Assembly (NCBI RefSeq): GCF_001194135.2
Contig: NC_068983.1
Span: 99,894,897-99,950,565, forward strand
DNA from: Octopus bimaculoides
Taxonomy: Eukaryota
DNA length: 55,669 nt
Direction of reading: 5' to 3'
The stretch's first letter is position 1. Each line of letters opens with the position of its first letter. Shown here one piece after another: positions 33,441 through 46,004 of the stretch. The notes below the pieces were generated by a model that had not been told where the DNA came from, made no database searches, and worked only from the letters and a program-made list of their open reading frames with translations. A program made the translations under genes and the position numbers.

Positions 33441-36085
33441 TTACCTTTACATGAAAGCTTCTGCATTTCATACTTTCAGTGTGGACACTCATATGATGTA
33501 AATTTCTGAATTCTTTGAGTTTTGTGTTAATTATTGAAATCGAATGAATATTTGGTGTCTTTTTACTTTCTTTGAGATATGCTAATTTAGAACACTAGTT
33601 TTACAGAAACAGTAAAGTGCAAATTACAGTTGGAGTGACTTTCAATGTTTCTAGCATATAAATGACTAGGGTATGAAATATGAGAGCAAGTAGGTGTTGT
33701 ATTAAAACTGAACCAGAGGGTAAGACAAGAGATGATTGTAAGTTTGTTTCTGAGAATTAAACAAGAAGAAAATATATGAGCAATGAGTTAAGTTGGATAT
33801 TAATTGCATAAGGATTTGTTTGATAAAAAATTTATTGTGCATATTGAATAGCTTTTCTGTGATATCAACACAAGTACTACTAGAAGCAAATTACAGGATA
33901 ATGTTTATTTAATTTTTTTTTATTTATAGTAAATACGAATTTATCTCATCTAATGCCTTGCTAACTTTGAAATGGTTTGCATATTTTTCAAGTTAAATAT
34001 AAATAGCTGCTGATTGTGTATGTAATATTTCTATTTCTCTGATCAAGAATCACAAAGTCAAACATTCAACTTATTTCTATACATGTATTTTTTTTTCACA
34101 ATATATTATCCTATTTGTCCGTTGTGGGAAAGTTGACTTTGTTTGCTAGTGTTTAGCCAGTCTGGCCTTCTAGTTTTGAATTCATGGGAAAGTCTGCATC
34201 TGACTATTGCAGCTATTCACAAGATTGGTAGAGTAAACAACTAAACATTTCAGATGTTCTGTCTACTTAGCTTTTTCTTTTCACGTATGTTGCTTGGTTT
34301 TATAAAACATTCCCATTGTAATGTACTTCTTTTATCATCTGTTTACCATTTCTCAGATTTTAAAACTCATGATCACACTTTTCAGAAAGAAGCAGAAATT
34401 CTAAAAACATTTCTTTTCTTTTTTCTTTCCCTCTCATTTCTATCTCTCTTTCTGCTGTCTTTTCACAAAACAAAATCAATTGTCAATAAAAATGGTTTTA
34501 GTGGTGTCTAGAAGTGATGGAAAATATTTCATCCAATTTTTGGGTTGACAAATGCTGAAAATGTTTGACATTTTATGTCCAAGACCGAAGAATGTTTATT
34601 TGGATAATGCACCCCACTTGCATGACTTACCAGACAACAATGGGCAGTTAATCAAAGGGAATTTTCCATAATTGTTTTCTTTTCATTGCAGCACCGTGTT
34701 GCTCTTTAACTTAAACTAGGTTTTAATGAGCAAACCTCTGATTAAAGGCATTCCAGTTTCTTTGGGTATTGGTGTGTTTTGAACTAAATAAGTTTTAAGA
34801 CAGTATGGTGTCAATTAGGAGTGATTTGGCTTCTGGTTGAGCAAGCATGTTGAGCAGGGGTCTGCAACTCTTTTCTGCTCAGAAACTAGAAATAAAGTCT
34901 TTGAGTTGGTGTTAAACCACATTCATTTATTGAGTTAAATGTAAAATGAAGGTAATAATAGTAAAACAGAACTAAAGATTAAGTTTATTTTATCGAAGTT
35001 GACATTTATGTTGTGACAGATGCAACAATTAGTATGTTACCTGATACTTTTTTTCTGTTTGATATTCAAAAATTTTTCAACACCAGATGATAAAATGAAT
35101 GTAGCTATTTCTTCCCACATTGCATGTATTCTTTCTAATATAGAGCCTAAACTGAGCCATCAGATGTTACAAAAGTAAATCAAATCTCCAAAATGATTCT
35201 CTGATGTGGCCCAACCTGACAATATTTCAATCCCTGAGAAAGATCACATTTGCTACTTTTATTTCTATCCCCATTATGCTCTTCAAATTTGATGCTTTGG
35301 CACAGTGTTTCCTGGTCAATTATGTAGTGCACTTTTCTGATGTTTTATTCCGAGGTTTTCCACGTGTCCTTCAAGCAGAGCCATAAAACTTTCATTTTGT
35401 GCAACCATTGCCAACACTACATCAGTTAAATTTAAATTCATGTCTAGTATTCAGGAGCAAGGCTTTAAGAATATCAGGTCATCTGTGTCTGTTGTATCTG
35501 TACACTTATCAAACACTATTAACCCGTTACCATTCAGATTACTCTGTCATGTGTAATTGTTATTTATTCACATTGTTTTGAGCTTATCATACATTATGTC
35601 ATAGCTTGAAAATTTCAGGTGATGTGATTTTTTGTTGTTGTTAGAATGACATTGTAGGGCAGATGTGAGAGGCTAGATCTGGCAATTTCTACAGTATTTT
35701 AAATGAATATTGAAAGCAGCTTATAAGTATATGATGTATAGTTACAAATGTGTTGGAAACAATTTATTCTAAAATATTTTGGAAACTTACAGATATTGTT
35801 TGCAAGAATAATATAAAGTTGGTAAATGGTTAATTGTAAAACTTTTCTTTATATCTTAAAACTTGCTAAATACATAACTTCAAGAATTAGATAAAGATGG
35901 ATGCCTTTAAACATATGTTACTTGTTTGGAGTTATTTTATGTCAGAACTGACAGTTTTCTGAAGCTGATTATCTTAGACTCCAAGTGACTTTTCTTAACG
36001 ACAAAATGCCCTGAAATGTTATGAATTGACCTTATTTAGAATATTGGTTAAATTTAATGGTAAATTATGTGAATATTGTTTATCA

Positions 36086-36590
36086 CCACTTTAATGTGGG
36101 TGTTCTCTAAGAACAGATGCTTTTTAACTCTATGATACTGATATTTTAACTCCAGGAAGACATCTCCAGCTGGCTATTCAATGCACCTTCACCTTCAACA
36201 TTTATTGCAAGCAGGAGAGAACTGGGGCACTAGATCACATGATTTTGATCTTATTGGATCAGTTCTGTGGTAGGCACTCGTTTGCTAAGTATGGTATTAG
36301 TCTGACCTTGCTGCAATTTATAGAAAATACAGTGTCATATAATCACTGATCTTGCAACTAGCAAGCTAGTCTGTTAGAAAATTTCTGTTCAAGATAGAAG
36401 CAGTATATAACCCAAAAAGTAGTGTTTATAGCCACTTTAATATGGGTGTTCCAACAATACTACTATTTTAACCCCAGGAAGACATCTCCAGCTGGTTATT
36501 CAGTGTTTTTGAACTTGATATTTATTGTAAGTGGGAGAGAACTCCTGCCACCCTAGCTCTGAGACCACCTGCTCACATGATTTTGAATAT
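36086..36590 (+). repeat. Two diverged ~165-bp direct repeats (36086-36250, 36433-36590); related fragment at ~27625-27690
   Basis: Shared CCACTTTAAT(G/A)TGGGTGTTC...CCAGGAAGACATCTCCAGCTGG...GGAGAGAACT...TCACATGATTTTGA. Confidence 0.75.
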
Positions 36591-37414
36591 ATGAATATTC
36601 ATCATCATCAAACACCTGTGTTCCATGCTAGCATTATATATACAGAAAATATTTATAGCATGTCTGTTTAGATTGTAGTATCATGTTTTAATTGCATTTG
36701 AAATCAACCAACATTCTTTTTCCAAGATACCACAGGCTATAACAATTCTATCTCAATTTTTGGCAGCCTTACACCCTTGCCAGTGGGGTGAGGGTGTTAG
36801 GCTGTCAACCATTTAGATAGAATTTCCTGATGTAAGCAATGTAGTATTAGCTGAATAATATGAGAAACTGTGTTACATAAATGATTTTGCAGCTTCTATA
36901 AAGGTTATTTAGGGTCCTAATCCAGACAACTGCTTGCAATGTCACTCTATGCATTCTAACAGTTGACCAGTTTCATTGGTGTTCATTTTTGAAATGGAAT
37001 TCTTTAAAACTCAAATTTTCTCTTCTTAGAAATAATTAAAATAGATAACAGATTATTGGTTTACTGTTCACAAGCTGGAGCCAACTATATTATACTGCAG
37101 TTCTCCTGAGTTTGGGGTCTTTTATCTAGTAGATACTTTCAAGTGTAACACAAATACACACAGAGACACACAAATAGAGGTTAAAGTCCTCTCTCAAAAC
37201 CCTGTTCCCAGATGTTCTATGTTAAATTTCTACTTGATGGAAGCAAAATAGCTGAATACAAAAGGTGTGGTATTTGATTAGTTACTCATAATTCTTGAAT
37301 TAAAATATATTGCAGTGCAGTACTGTGCACTTTAGAATTGCTCTTAATATTATGCTTTTCATTTCACCAACCTGGCTGAATTAGGTATTATGATATTTGG
37401 TAATAGACCAACAT

Positions 37415-37630
37415 AATGCAGCAAGCTAGTAGAATCATTTGCATGCCAGGCAAAATGCTTAGCGGCATGTAATCTGTCTATTCTGCATTCAGATTTTGCT
37501 GGGGTTGACTTAGCCTTTCATCCTTTTAGGGTTAATAAAATAATGATCAGTTGAGCACTGGGGTCCATGTAATTGGCTTAGTCCCTCCCTGAAATTTCTA
37601 GCCTTATGGCAAAATTTGAAACTAACATTG
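37415..37630 (+). mobile_element. Family-A SINE, plus strand
   Basis: GGCAAAATGCTTAGCGG...GCCTTTCATCCTTTTAGGGTTAATAAAATAA...CCCTGAAATTTCTAGCCTT. Confidence 0.75.
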
Positions 37631-38056
37631 TACCTAAGGGGAATTTATTTCTCCTTTAATGCTATGAGAATTGAAACCAAGCCCTGACCTTTAAAATCTC
37701 TTACAGGTTTAGATGTTTTACAAGTCTTATTTACTTGTTTTTATATTTAATGTTAGGCTACATCTTTAGTCTTATACACAAGCCTTATAGTTGATTACTA
37801 ATCTGTCTCCATTTTCTGTTTTAGCAGTTCCTTGTTGTGAGATAAGTGATCAAGAACTAAAGTCTATTGTGTTTCCAATTGACTATTAAGTATTTGTTTT
37901 AGCTGCCCACATATTAATCTGAGCAAACTGAAAATGTCCAACAGCAGTAAAATATCAGCAACCTAATTATATTGATATCTCAGTCTTGTGTTTTTATGTA
38001 CATTATGAAAATCCTCATTTCATTTATTAATGACCTATGCTTTATTATTATTACAG

Positions 38057-38134
38057 ACTGAACAGCAGCAAAGATTGATATATTCTGGAAAGCTTCTTCT
38101 GGATCACCTCAAATTGAAAGACATATTTCATCAG
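38057..38134 (+). CDS. HERPUD: HERPUD coding exon 2 (TEQQQRLIYSGKLLLDHLKLKDIFHQ)
   Basis: ttacag|ACT...CAG|GTAAGT; 78 nt; UBL core QRLIYSGKLL. Confidence 0.95.
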
Positions 38135-39124
38135 GTAAGTTGCCAACCTAAGTAAATATACTAGTTAAATTACTTTCTTTCCAATATAGTTTTGACGCTA
38201 TGTTTTTAAATGCAGACATGACAATTTGCATGAATTGTTGAAGCTGTTATTTTGTAACATAATTAATATTTCTTGCTCTCAAATTACAAATAGAAGTGTT
38301 GTGTTTTGCAGTGAGATTAAAATGAAGTATATGAAAAGATGTATATTGTTTAAAGGGTGGATCTAACTTAACCACATGTTCATTCCATTGATGGTATTAA
38401 AAAATTAATGATAGATATTTATGGAAATAATGTAAATAGTAAATAACAGTTGTCATTTGTTCTGACTTTTAAATACAGACATACTTGAACAATTGAAAGC
38501 TATGGGTATTTTTCTTTTGTCAATTTCTTTCTCTGTTGTGAAATGGGAATGATAGCCAGTTTTTAAGTAATTTACTTAGGCAAAAGTTTCAAGAAAATTT
38601 GATATGAGGTTTAAATGCTGAAATATCAACTTGTGAAACTTATAGTAAGTCTGCTTACTTGCTGTTTTTGTACTAATGATGCTGTTATCAGCTTTTTTCC
38701 TGGTTGTTGATTTGAGGCAAGATACCAGAAGTTCCTTGAACTTGGTTTTATTAATTGGAAAGCATAGAAGATGATAAAATTGGCTCAAGGTAGAGTATTG
38801 TGTTGTAATTTCAGGAAGTAAAGCTTCAGTGAACTTAGTTAGGAGGAGGAAGTATTGTAATAACTTGATCTAATGTAAACCATTAGGATCTTGTTAATGT
38901 TAGCCTTCAAGATAACAAAGTTGTGAAAAATACAACAGTAAAGAATATTTTAGATAGTAGTAATCTTCTTTTTATTTGTTTTCAACATTGTTTAGAACTG
39001 GATTGTTTTAATGAACTTATCAGGAAAAGCTAGTGTATTAAGATTTTTTTGGGTTTTATATCAATATTAAAATAGAATTATTCTTGTTTGTGATCTAAAT
39101 TTTATTGTTGTCTTTTTTCTCAAG

Positions 39125-39223
39125 TTTGATCAAGGTAGTCAGCACACAATTCACTTAGTTTGTACCCAAGTGATTGATAATTCAAACAAAACTAACACCC
39201 AGTCCACTGAGGTAAAAGAGACA
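39125..39223 (+). CDS. HERPUD: HERPUD coding exon 3 (FDQGSQHTIHLVCTQVIDNSNKTNTQSTEVKET)
   Basis: tcttttttctcaag|TTT...ACA|GTAAGT; HTIHLVC ends the UBL. Alternative in-frame donor at 39211. Confidence 0.9.
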
Positions 39224-39394
39224 GTAAGTATATTTTTTATGTCATATATGTCTTAGTGTAATTAAAATTATTACATATATTTCATTATTTGTTTTCTTTT
39301 TATTTTTCAATGTATATGCACAAGCAAATTGATGTTATTTGATGTCAAAACCACACATTAATGTGCATGCTCCTTTGGACAATATATACATATA

Positions 39395-39516
39395 TATATA
39401 TATAGGCACAGGTTGCTTCCCAACCACATGGTTTTGATGCTATGTTTCTTCTACTATAGCCTCAGGCCAACCAAAGCCTTGTGAGTGGATTTGGTAAACA
39501 AAAACTGAAAGCCCGT

Positions 39517-39547
<31 letters not shown>

Positions 39548-39742
39548 TCATCCCCACACCACTACTTGACAACTGGTGTTGGTGTGTTTATGTCCCCATA
39601 ACTTAGCGGTTTGGCAGTAAAGACTGATGAATAAGTACCAGATTTAACAAAGTACTGGGGTTGATTCAGTTGACTAAAAATTCTTCAAGGCAGTGCCCCA
39701 GTATGACCACAATATTATAATGACTGAAACAAGTAAAATACA

Positions 39743-39745
<3 letters not shown>
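39395..39745 (+). mobile_element. Family-B SINE just downstream of coding exon 3
   Basis: CTACTATAGCCTCAGGCCAACCAAAGCCTTGTGAGTGGATTTGG...TGACTGAAACAAGTAAAA. Confidence 0.8.
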
Positions 39746-39774
<29 letters not shown>

Positions 39775-41289
39775 CGTGAGAGAGTTAGGGGTTGGGGGTA
39801 CAACTCACTAAGGGATAGTATCTATCCAGTATACTGCTGGGAGGGTACCCAATTATTGCTACACTAGTGCTATACTAGGTGCAATCAATGGGAGCGGGTA
39901 AAAGTGGAGGTTTTACCCAAAATTTGTGTAACAATTAGAAAATGGAGGATAATATGCTGAACCCAACTACTTGCAGACGGTGTATCCCGTTGAATTCATT
40001 AATTTAATTCATAGCAAAAGTGACAAAAGAAAGGAAGAAAAGAAAAANNNNNNNNNNNNNNNNNNNNNNNNNNNNNNNNNNNNNNNNNNNNNNNNNNNNN
40101 NNNNNNNNNNNNNNNNNNNNNNNNNNNNNNNNNNNNNNNNNNNNNNNNNNNNNNNNNNNNNNNNNNNNNNNNNNNNNNNNNNNNNNNNNNNNNNNNNNNN
40201 NNNNNNNNNNNNNNNNNNNNNNNNNNNNNNNNNNNNNNNNNNNNNNNNNNNNNNNNNNNNNNNNNNNNNNNNNNNNNNNNNNNNNNNNNNNNNNNNNNNN
40301 NNNNNNNNNNNNNNNNNNNNNNNNNNNNNNNNNNNNNNNNNNNNNNNNNNNNNNNNNNNNNNNNNNNNNNNNNNNNNNNNNNNNNNNNNNNNNNNNNNNN
40401 NNNNNNNNNNNNNNNNNNNNNNNNNNNNNNNNNNNNNNNNNNNNNNNNNNNNNNNNNNNNNNNNNNNNNNNNNNNNNNNNNNNNNNNNNNNNNNNNNNNN
40501 NNNNNNNNNNNNNNNNNNNNNNNNNNNNNNNNNNNNNNNNNNNNNNNNNNNNNNNNNNNNNNNNNNNNNNNNNNNNNNNNNNNNNNNNNNNNNNNNNNNN
40601 NNNNNNNNNNNNNNNNNNNNNNNNNNNNNNNNNNNNNNNNNNNNNNNNNNNNNNNNNNNNNNNNNNNNNNNNNNNNNNNNNNNNNNNNNNNNNNNNNNNN
40701 NNNNNNNNNNNNNNNNNNNNNNNNNNNNNNNNNNNNNNNNNNNNNNNNNNNNNNNNNNNNNNNNNNNNNNNNNNNNNNNNNNNNNNNNNNNNNNNNNNNN
40801 NNNNNNNNNNNNNNNNNNNNNNNNNNNNNNNNNNNNNNNNNNNNNNNNNNNNNNNNNNNNNNNNNNNNNNNNNNNNNNNNNNNNNNNNNNNNNNNNNNNN
40901 NNNNNNNNNNNNNNNNNNNNNNNNNNNNNNNNNNNNNNNNNNNNNNNNNNNNNNNNNNNNNNNNNNNNNNNNNNNNNNNNNNNNTTTTTTTTTTTTTTTA
41001 CTTATTCCTAAGAAAGCATTTGGAGTTAAAAAAGAGAAAATTAGAGGTTGCTACCAAGCTTGAACCGGTTTGATATGTACCTAGTTAACCTAATTTGAAA
41101 AAAATCAATGACACTCTAGGCTATAGTACATAGTGAAGTACTGTGTATAGTGCGTTAGCTATTTTTTATGTGGAAGTTTCTCCAGTAGGCATATAACCAC
41201 GTATATAAGTTTATTTTTGTTTTTTGTGAAGCAAGAGTAATGTTTTCTTGTTTCTGTTTGAGAGTGACGACCTGTAACTTTTAACAATT

Positions 41290-42270
41290 TGAAGAAGGTA
41301 TTGCTTCTGCTCTTCATCATTGGTTATTAGTTTGTTGTATTCCTTCATCAGTCATACACCTCATTCTGCAATGTTGTTTACCACTTTGAGTCCATATGTG
41401 ATATCTCTTGCATTCGCATAACTTTCAACATCATTCCATTCTTTAGCATCTTTTTCAAGAAAAGTGCAAGGCACCTCTAAGATTTCAAAGAATCTTTTTG
41501 TGCTGACAGTAATGAAATCCTGCAGTTGTTTCTGCCCAGCTGCTTCAGGATTTATTGATGCTCGTTTACTTGGTTTTGAGTCAACTGGTTTCTGCAGGGC
41601 ATGCTTAATTTTGTTTTTTTGTCTCATGCAAAACAGCTGAATCAAAAAATGCAAGTGCCACGAGTTCCTCAGATAGGTACCACAAATGTCTCAAAAACTT
41701 ATTGAGTGCAGCACTTGAAATTTTGTCATCCTTTTGCTTGTAGAGCTGCTGACCTTGCATGAGCGTATGGGTGCCAGGTACCACGATCCGATGTATATTA
41801 CAGCTGAAAAGCAGCAAACCTCTCTCAGTCCTTTTTCCGCTCTTGGTTAGTTAAAACTGAGATTTAAATATCCAAATTTTAATGCAGTAAATTAGCTTGG
41901 TCATCCATCATGCTCTGTGATAAGCTCTGGGTGCTTTAAAGCTGATTCCTGATTTGGGGGTACTACCGAGGAAAAGGAGCGTTAGCTTGAGCAATTCCTT
42001 GTAGTCATCACAAGGCTGCTCTTCATCAGGCTGAGCTTGAGCAAATTGAATGATTTCTTCAGCATCTGAGATTTTCTCTGCAATGTTAGGATCATCTGTT
42101 GCTGTTTGGTAACTGTTCTTGTCAATTTCCACCCACTTTGCTTTGAATCTCTTAAACAGTTGTATGTCGGGGCCAGTAGAAGATGGCAAGGAGACAGAAA
42201 ATGTACAATAAATACAAACTGAAAAATAACAGTATACAAGATGTTCTGTGGATGGTAGCAACCTCTAAAA
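41290..42270 (-). mobile_element. Decayed DNA-transposase remnant, hAT-superfamily-like (hATm-type motifs)
   Basis: DIQLFKRFK, DDYKELLKL...FKAPRAYHRA, KFLRHLWYLSEELVALAFFD and LKVVNNIAE across three frames. The family label is from memory; TIRs not found. Confidence 0.65.
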
Positions 42271-42804
42271 TGTCTTCAATTGCACTGAAATTTTGCATGT
42301 TGAGTTTATGCACTAAATTAAATAAAATTAGAGGGTGTCTTCAAGTTTTTGAAATGATAAGTTATTTTGCATCACCTTAATGCACATGCATTAGATACTT
42401 GGATACATGCTTTATAAATTGTGGGCTCTCTGATCATTTGATCTGATTCTCTTTTTTCTTTTGTTATGTCCATTTTGCTGTGATGGTATAAGTTGAGGCA
42501 ATATTTTTCAGCCAAATGTTGAGTTGAGTCATTCCTTAAATGTGAGTGTTGATTATATTGACTCCACAACTTGATTACTTCTTATTTTATGACCATAGCA
42601 GGATTTGAAACAGGAATATAAAAGGAGGTAACCATATAAGGGGAAGTTTTTTTTTTATTCCCCAAAAGGTTTCCACATAGAATCTGGAGTGAGGAAAACT
42701 TTCATTTCAAAAGTTTCAACTTCAGAAATTAACTAGAAGTTAGACTAAGAAACCAGAATAGAGGTAGATGTTTGTGATTTAATGTATATTTACTGTTCAT
42801 TTTA

Positions 42805-43135
42805 ACATCATCATCATCGTTGTCATTTAATGTCTGTTGGATGGTTTGACTGAGGGTTGGCAAGCCAGGCTCCAATTTGATCTGGCAAAGTTTCTACAGC
42901 TGGATGCCCTTCCTAATACCAACCACTCCAAGAGTGTAGTGGGTGCTTTTACGTGCCACCGGCATGAGGGCCAGTCAGGTGGTACCGGCATTGACCATGC
43001 TTGAATGGTGCTTTTTATGTGCCACCGGTACAAGAACCAGTCAGGCAGCACTGGCAGCAACCACACTCGAATGGTGCTTTTTACATGCCACCGGCACAGG
43101 ACCAGCCAGCTGGCACTGGCATCGATTGGTAGAAA
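42805..43135 (-). mobile_element. RTE 3'-UTR-type repeat, minus strand, with ~66-nt internal tandem units
   Basis: (CAT)n tail, GATGCCCTTCCTAATACCAACCACTCC, and three TTTTA(C/T)(G/A)TGCCACCGG units at ~42947, ~43013 and ~43080. Confidence 0.8.
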
Positions 43136-43224
43136 TTGGAAATTTTAATTTATAAAAGGTATCTTTTATAGATTAAAAGGTATGAAGTAGATTTTAAAAC
43201 CAAGTTTCTTGAGATCCTAAAACA

Positions 43225-43435
43225 AAGGTGCCATGTAAAAAGCATTGATATGGGTGCTGATACCATGTAAAAAGCACCCAGTACACTCTCTAAAGTGGTT
43301 GGAAGGACATCCAGCCTAGAAACCAAGCTAAAACAAACTATGAAGCCTGGAGTGGCTCCTGGCCTTGCCAGTTCCTGTCAAGCTGTCCAACCCATGCTAG
43401 CTTGGAAAACTGACGTTAAATGTTGGTTTTGATGA
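43225..43435 (+). mobile_element. RTE 3'-UTR-type repeat, plus strand; further copies at ~27335-27480(+), ~28865-29050(-), ~49230-49540(+) and ~51867-51990(+)
   Basis: AAAAGCACCCAGTACACTC...GTCCAACCCATGCTAGCTTGGAAAACTGACGTTAAATG. Confidence 0.8.
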
Positions 43436-43502
43436 TTCTTCATTAGGTTTAATTTCATATTGTTGAGGAATTAACAGTGCCACTATTATTTCTTTTATCT
43501 AG

Positions 43503-43600
43503 GTTCCCGAAGCATCTGGTCCAGAACCTGTATCTTTCACAGCTTCAGAGACTGAATTGAGACATCGAAGTCATAATGCAGAAGGCTTTTATAATCCTAG
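43503..43600 (+). CDS. HERPUD: HERPUD coding exon 4 (VPEASGPEPVSFTASETELRHRSHNAEGFYNP+AG)
   Basis: ttcttttatctag|GTT...CCTAG|GTTGGT; 98 nt, phase 2. ELRHR resembles the LRQR motif of HERP proteins. Frame fits both neighbours. Confidence 0.85.
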
Positions 43601-44150
43601 GTTGGTATTGTTTTTATAGAATTCTGTTTGAATTGAATGCAATCTGTGTATGGTGCCTATGCAATAATGCAGAAATTGTATTTCTATGTTTAAAAGTATT
43701 CTTTATGTTGATGTCCTAAGAATTCTATAAGCTTTTGAGAGTATATCTATGGAGAAAGCCTCCACATTTGTTGTCCATTCTGCATCCCACTGTACTTAGT
43801 ATACACTGCACAAATCTTCTCTCAATCTACTTGCTTCCACTTTAGCAGGTTCCACATACCAAGTGTGAATGCACCTCTGGTTACTTCAAAAAAAGGTCAC
43901 TGGTTCTAACTGTGCCTTTCATTACTCTCAAACATTGTGCTCGTGTGCTAACCTTCATACTGACCAGGCTCTTCAACTGCATACTCTCTTTCTCTCTCTC
44001 TCTCTCTCTCTCTGTAGATATATCCTAGTCTTTGTATCTTGCTACTGTGTATCCTATTTCCAAGGAAGGCCACCCACCTGACCCAGCTGAGTGCCATCCT
44101 AATACACTCATTTCCAATATTTTTAGTGACAGAGATGGCTATCAACAATA

Positions 44151-44876
44151 CTTGGATCTATTTTAAAACGGGGGCCACAGTTTTCATTAATGTTTTACAT
44201 AGTGTTTTTGGTACCGAAAGACTTTCAAACTTCGTATACTTATCTATTTTGTGTTATAGAACAGAAAAATATTTTTGTATTCGAATTTATTTCATGTAAA
44301 AAATTGTCTTATTTGATAATTTCAACCAATCACTGACAAGTATTCAGTTGTTTACATTTACTCCTTTGGCTGATTAAGCGGTGTAAAGCATATTTAATCT
44401 CCATAACTTCTGACATTTGCAGAGAGGCAACANNNNNNNNNNNNNNNNNNNNNNNNNNNNNNNNNNNNNNNNNNNNNNNNNNNNNNNNNNNNNNNNNNNN
44501 NNNNNNNNNNNNNNNNNNNNNNNNNNNNNNNNNNNNNNNNNNNNNNNNNNTATAATAGAAAGGTTTATTAGCTACTGCCAATATGCTTCAGCCATTTTTT
44601 GACAAGGAAATAATAATTTTATCACCGATAGAATTGTTTCAGAATCATTTGTTTATGTAGTCGGCACTTAATGTATATCGGCTGAATGGACGTCAGTGAT
44701 TGGTTGAAATTACAGAAATACGACAACTTTAACATGGAATAACTTAGGGATTTCTTTTTTTTTTAAAGAAGACTAAGAGAAAAAGATGTTTTATATGACA
44801 CATTCTACCAGTGTTCCAAGTTTCAAAGTGTTTCGTTAAGAAAATACTGTGGCCCCTGTTTTAAAAAAGATCCCAA
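44151..44876. mobile_element. TA-flanked MITE with long imperfect TIRs (Tc1/mariner-type target)
   Basis: TA|CTTGGATCTATTTTAAAACGGGGGCCACAGT ... ACTGTGGCCCCTGTTTTAAAAAAGATCCCAA|TA, plus an inner 19-bp inverted repeat ATTTCAACCAATCACTGAC. Contains an N-gap. Confidence 0.8.
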
Positions 44877-45640
44877 TACTCTTTCCCAGTACCTTGAATT
44901 GATTTCTTTTTTTAATAATCACCTGTATGTCTTTTATAAAGCCAAATATATAGGGCATCTATTTTCTTTTGTCATTCACAAGTGGGTCTTCTTTATCAAG
45001 AAATTTAGTGAAAGTAGTGTTGTTTTCAAAATCAATAAAGCTGTCAACCATGTCTGGCATGTGAACCATCAGTCAAAATATTTGCCTTTGTGTTCCATCT
45101 ATTTCTTATCTCTTAGATAGATGGCTTCCTGTCAGATTGTACTATTGTGATGTATTGATGGAGCTTTCTCTGATCCACACTCTGTCTACTCTGGTGTGTT
45201 TCTAGGTTCAGTTTTGTCCCACAGTTTTTCTTTTTGCTATCACTGAGCTATTTGTCCTCACTTTCAACAATGCACACTTCTACACATGATATCATTCTTT
45301 ATTCTTCCCTTACCTCCTACACTCATGTGTTATCCATATGCAATCTATAACAGATCTGCACTAACTCCATGAACAGAGACCTCAAAAACATACAACAATG
45401 GAGCCATGCCAAACATGTTTCAATGGCACCCCCACCAGAAAAAAAGAAAAACAGAATCACTGCTCATATTGTGAAAACATCATTATCTCACTCACCTCAT
45501 TTGAAGAAGAGCAGCATTCGGCTAAAGCCCTTGCAATCAATTCATCATCACTGAATATTTCTTTTGATAAATGCACATCTTTAATGTAGCAAAAATTGAA
45601 ACCAGAAAATGCTTCAGTCTGAAATAATTATTAATCCTCT

Positions 45641-46004
45641 GTGTCGGTACCCCATCGCTTACGACGTCGAGGGTTCCAATTAATCCGATCAACAGAACAG
45701 CCTGCTCGTGAAATTAACGTGCAAGTGGCTGAGCACTCCATAGACACGTTTACCCTTAATGTAGTTCTCGGGGATATTCAGCGTGACACAGTGTGACAAG
45801 GCTGACCCTTTGAATTACAGGTACAACAGAAACAGGAAGTAAGAGTGAGAGAAAGTTGTGGTGAAAGAGTACAGCAGGGTTCGCCACCATCCACTGCCGG
45901 AGCTTTAGGTGTTTTCACTCAATAAACACTCGGTCTGGGAATCGAAACCACGATCCTATGACTGCGAGTCCGCTGCCCTAACCACTGGGCCATTGCGCCT
46001 CCAC
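45641..46004 (-). mobile_element. Full-length young tRNA-derived SINE with an 11-bp target-site duplication
   Basis: TSD ATTAATCCTCT at 45630-45640 and 46005-46015. Minus head TGGAGGCGCAATGGCCCAGTGGTTAGG (A box)...GGTTTCGATTCCC (B box); CpG-rich. Confidence 0.9.

Noticed and set aside
45920-46004. Possible tRNA gene on the minus strand (also the heads at 18631 and 33210)
   Set aside because: A and B boxes are present, but there is no complete cloverleaf. Each continues into a SINE body, and one has a TSD.
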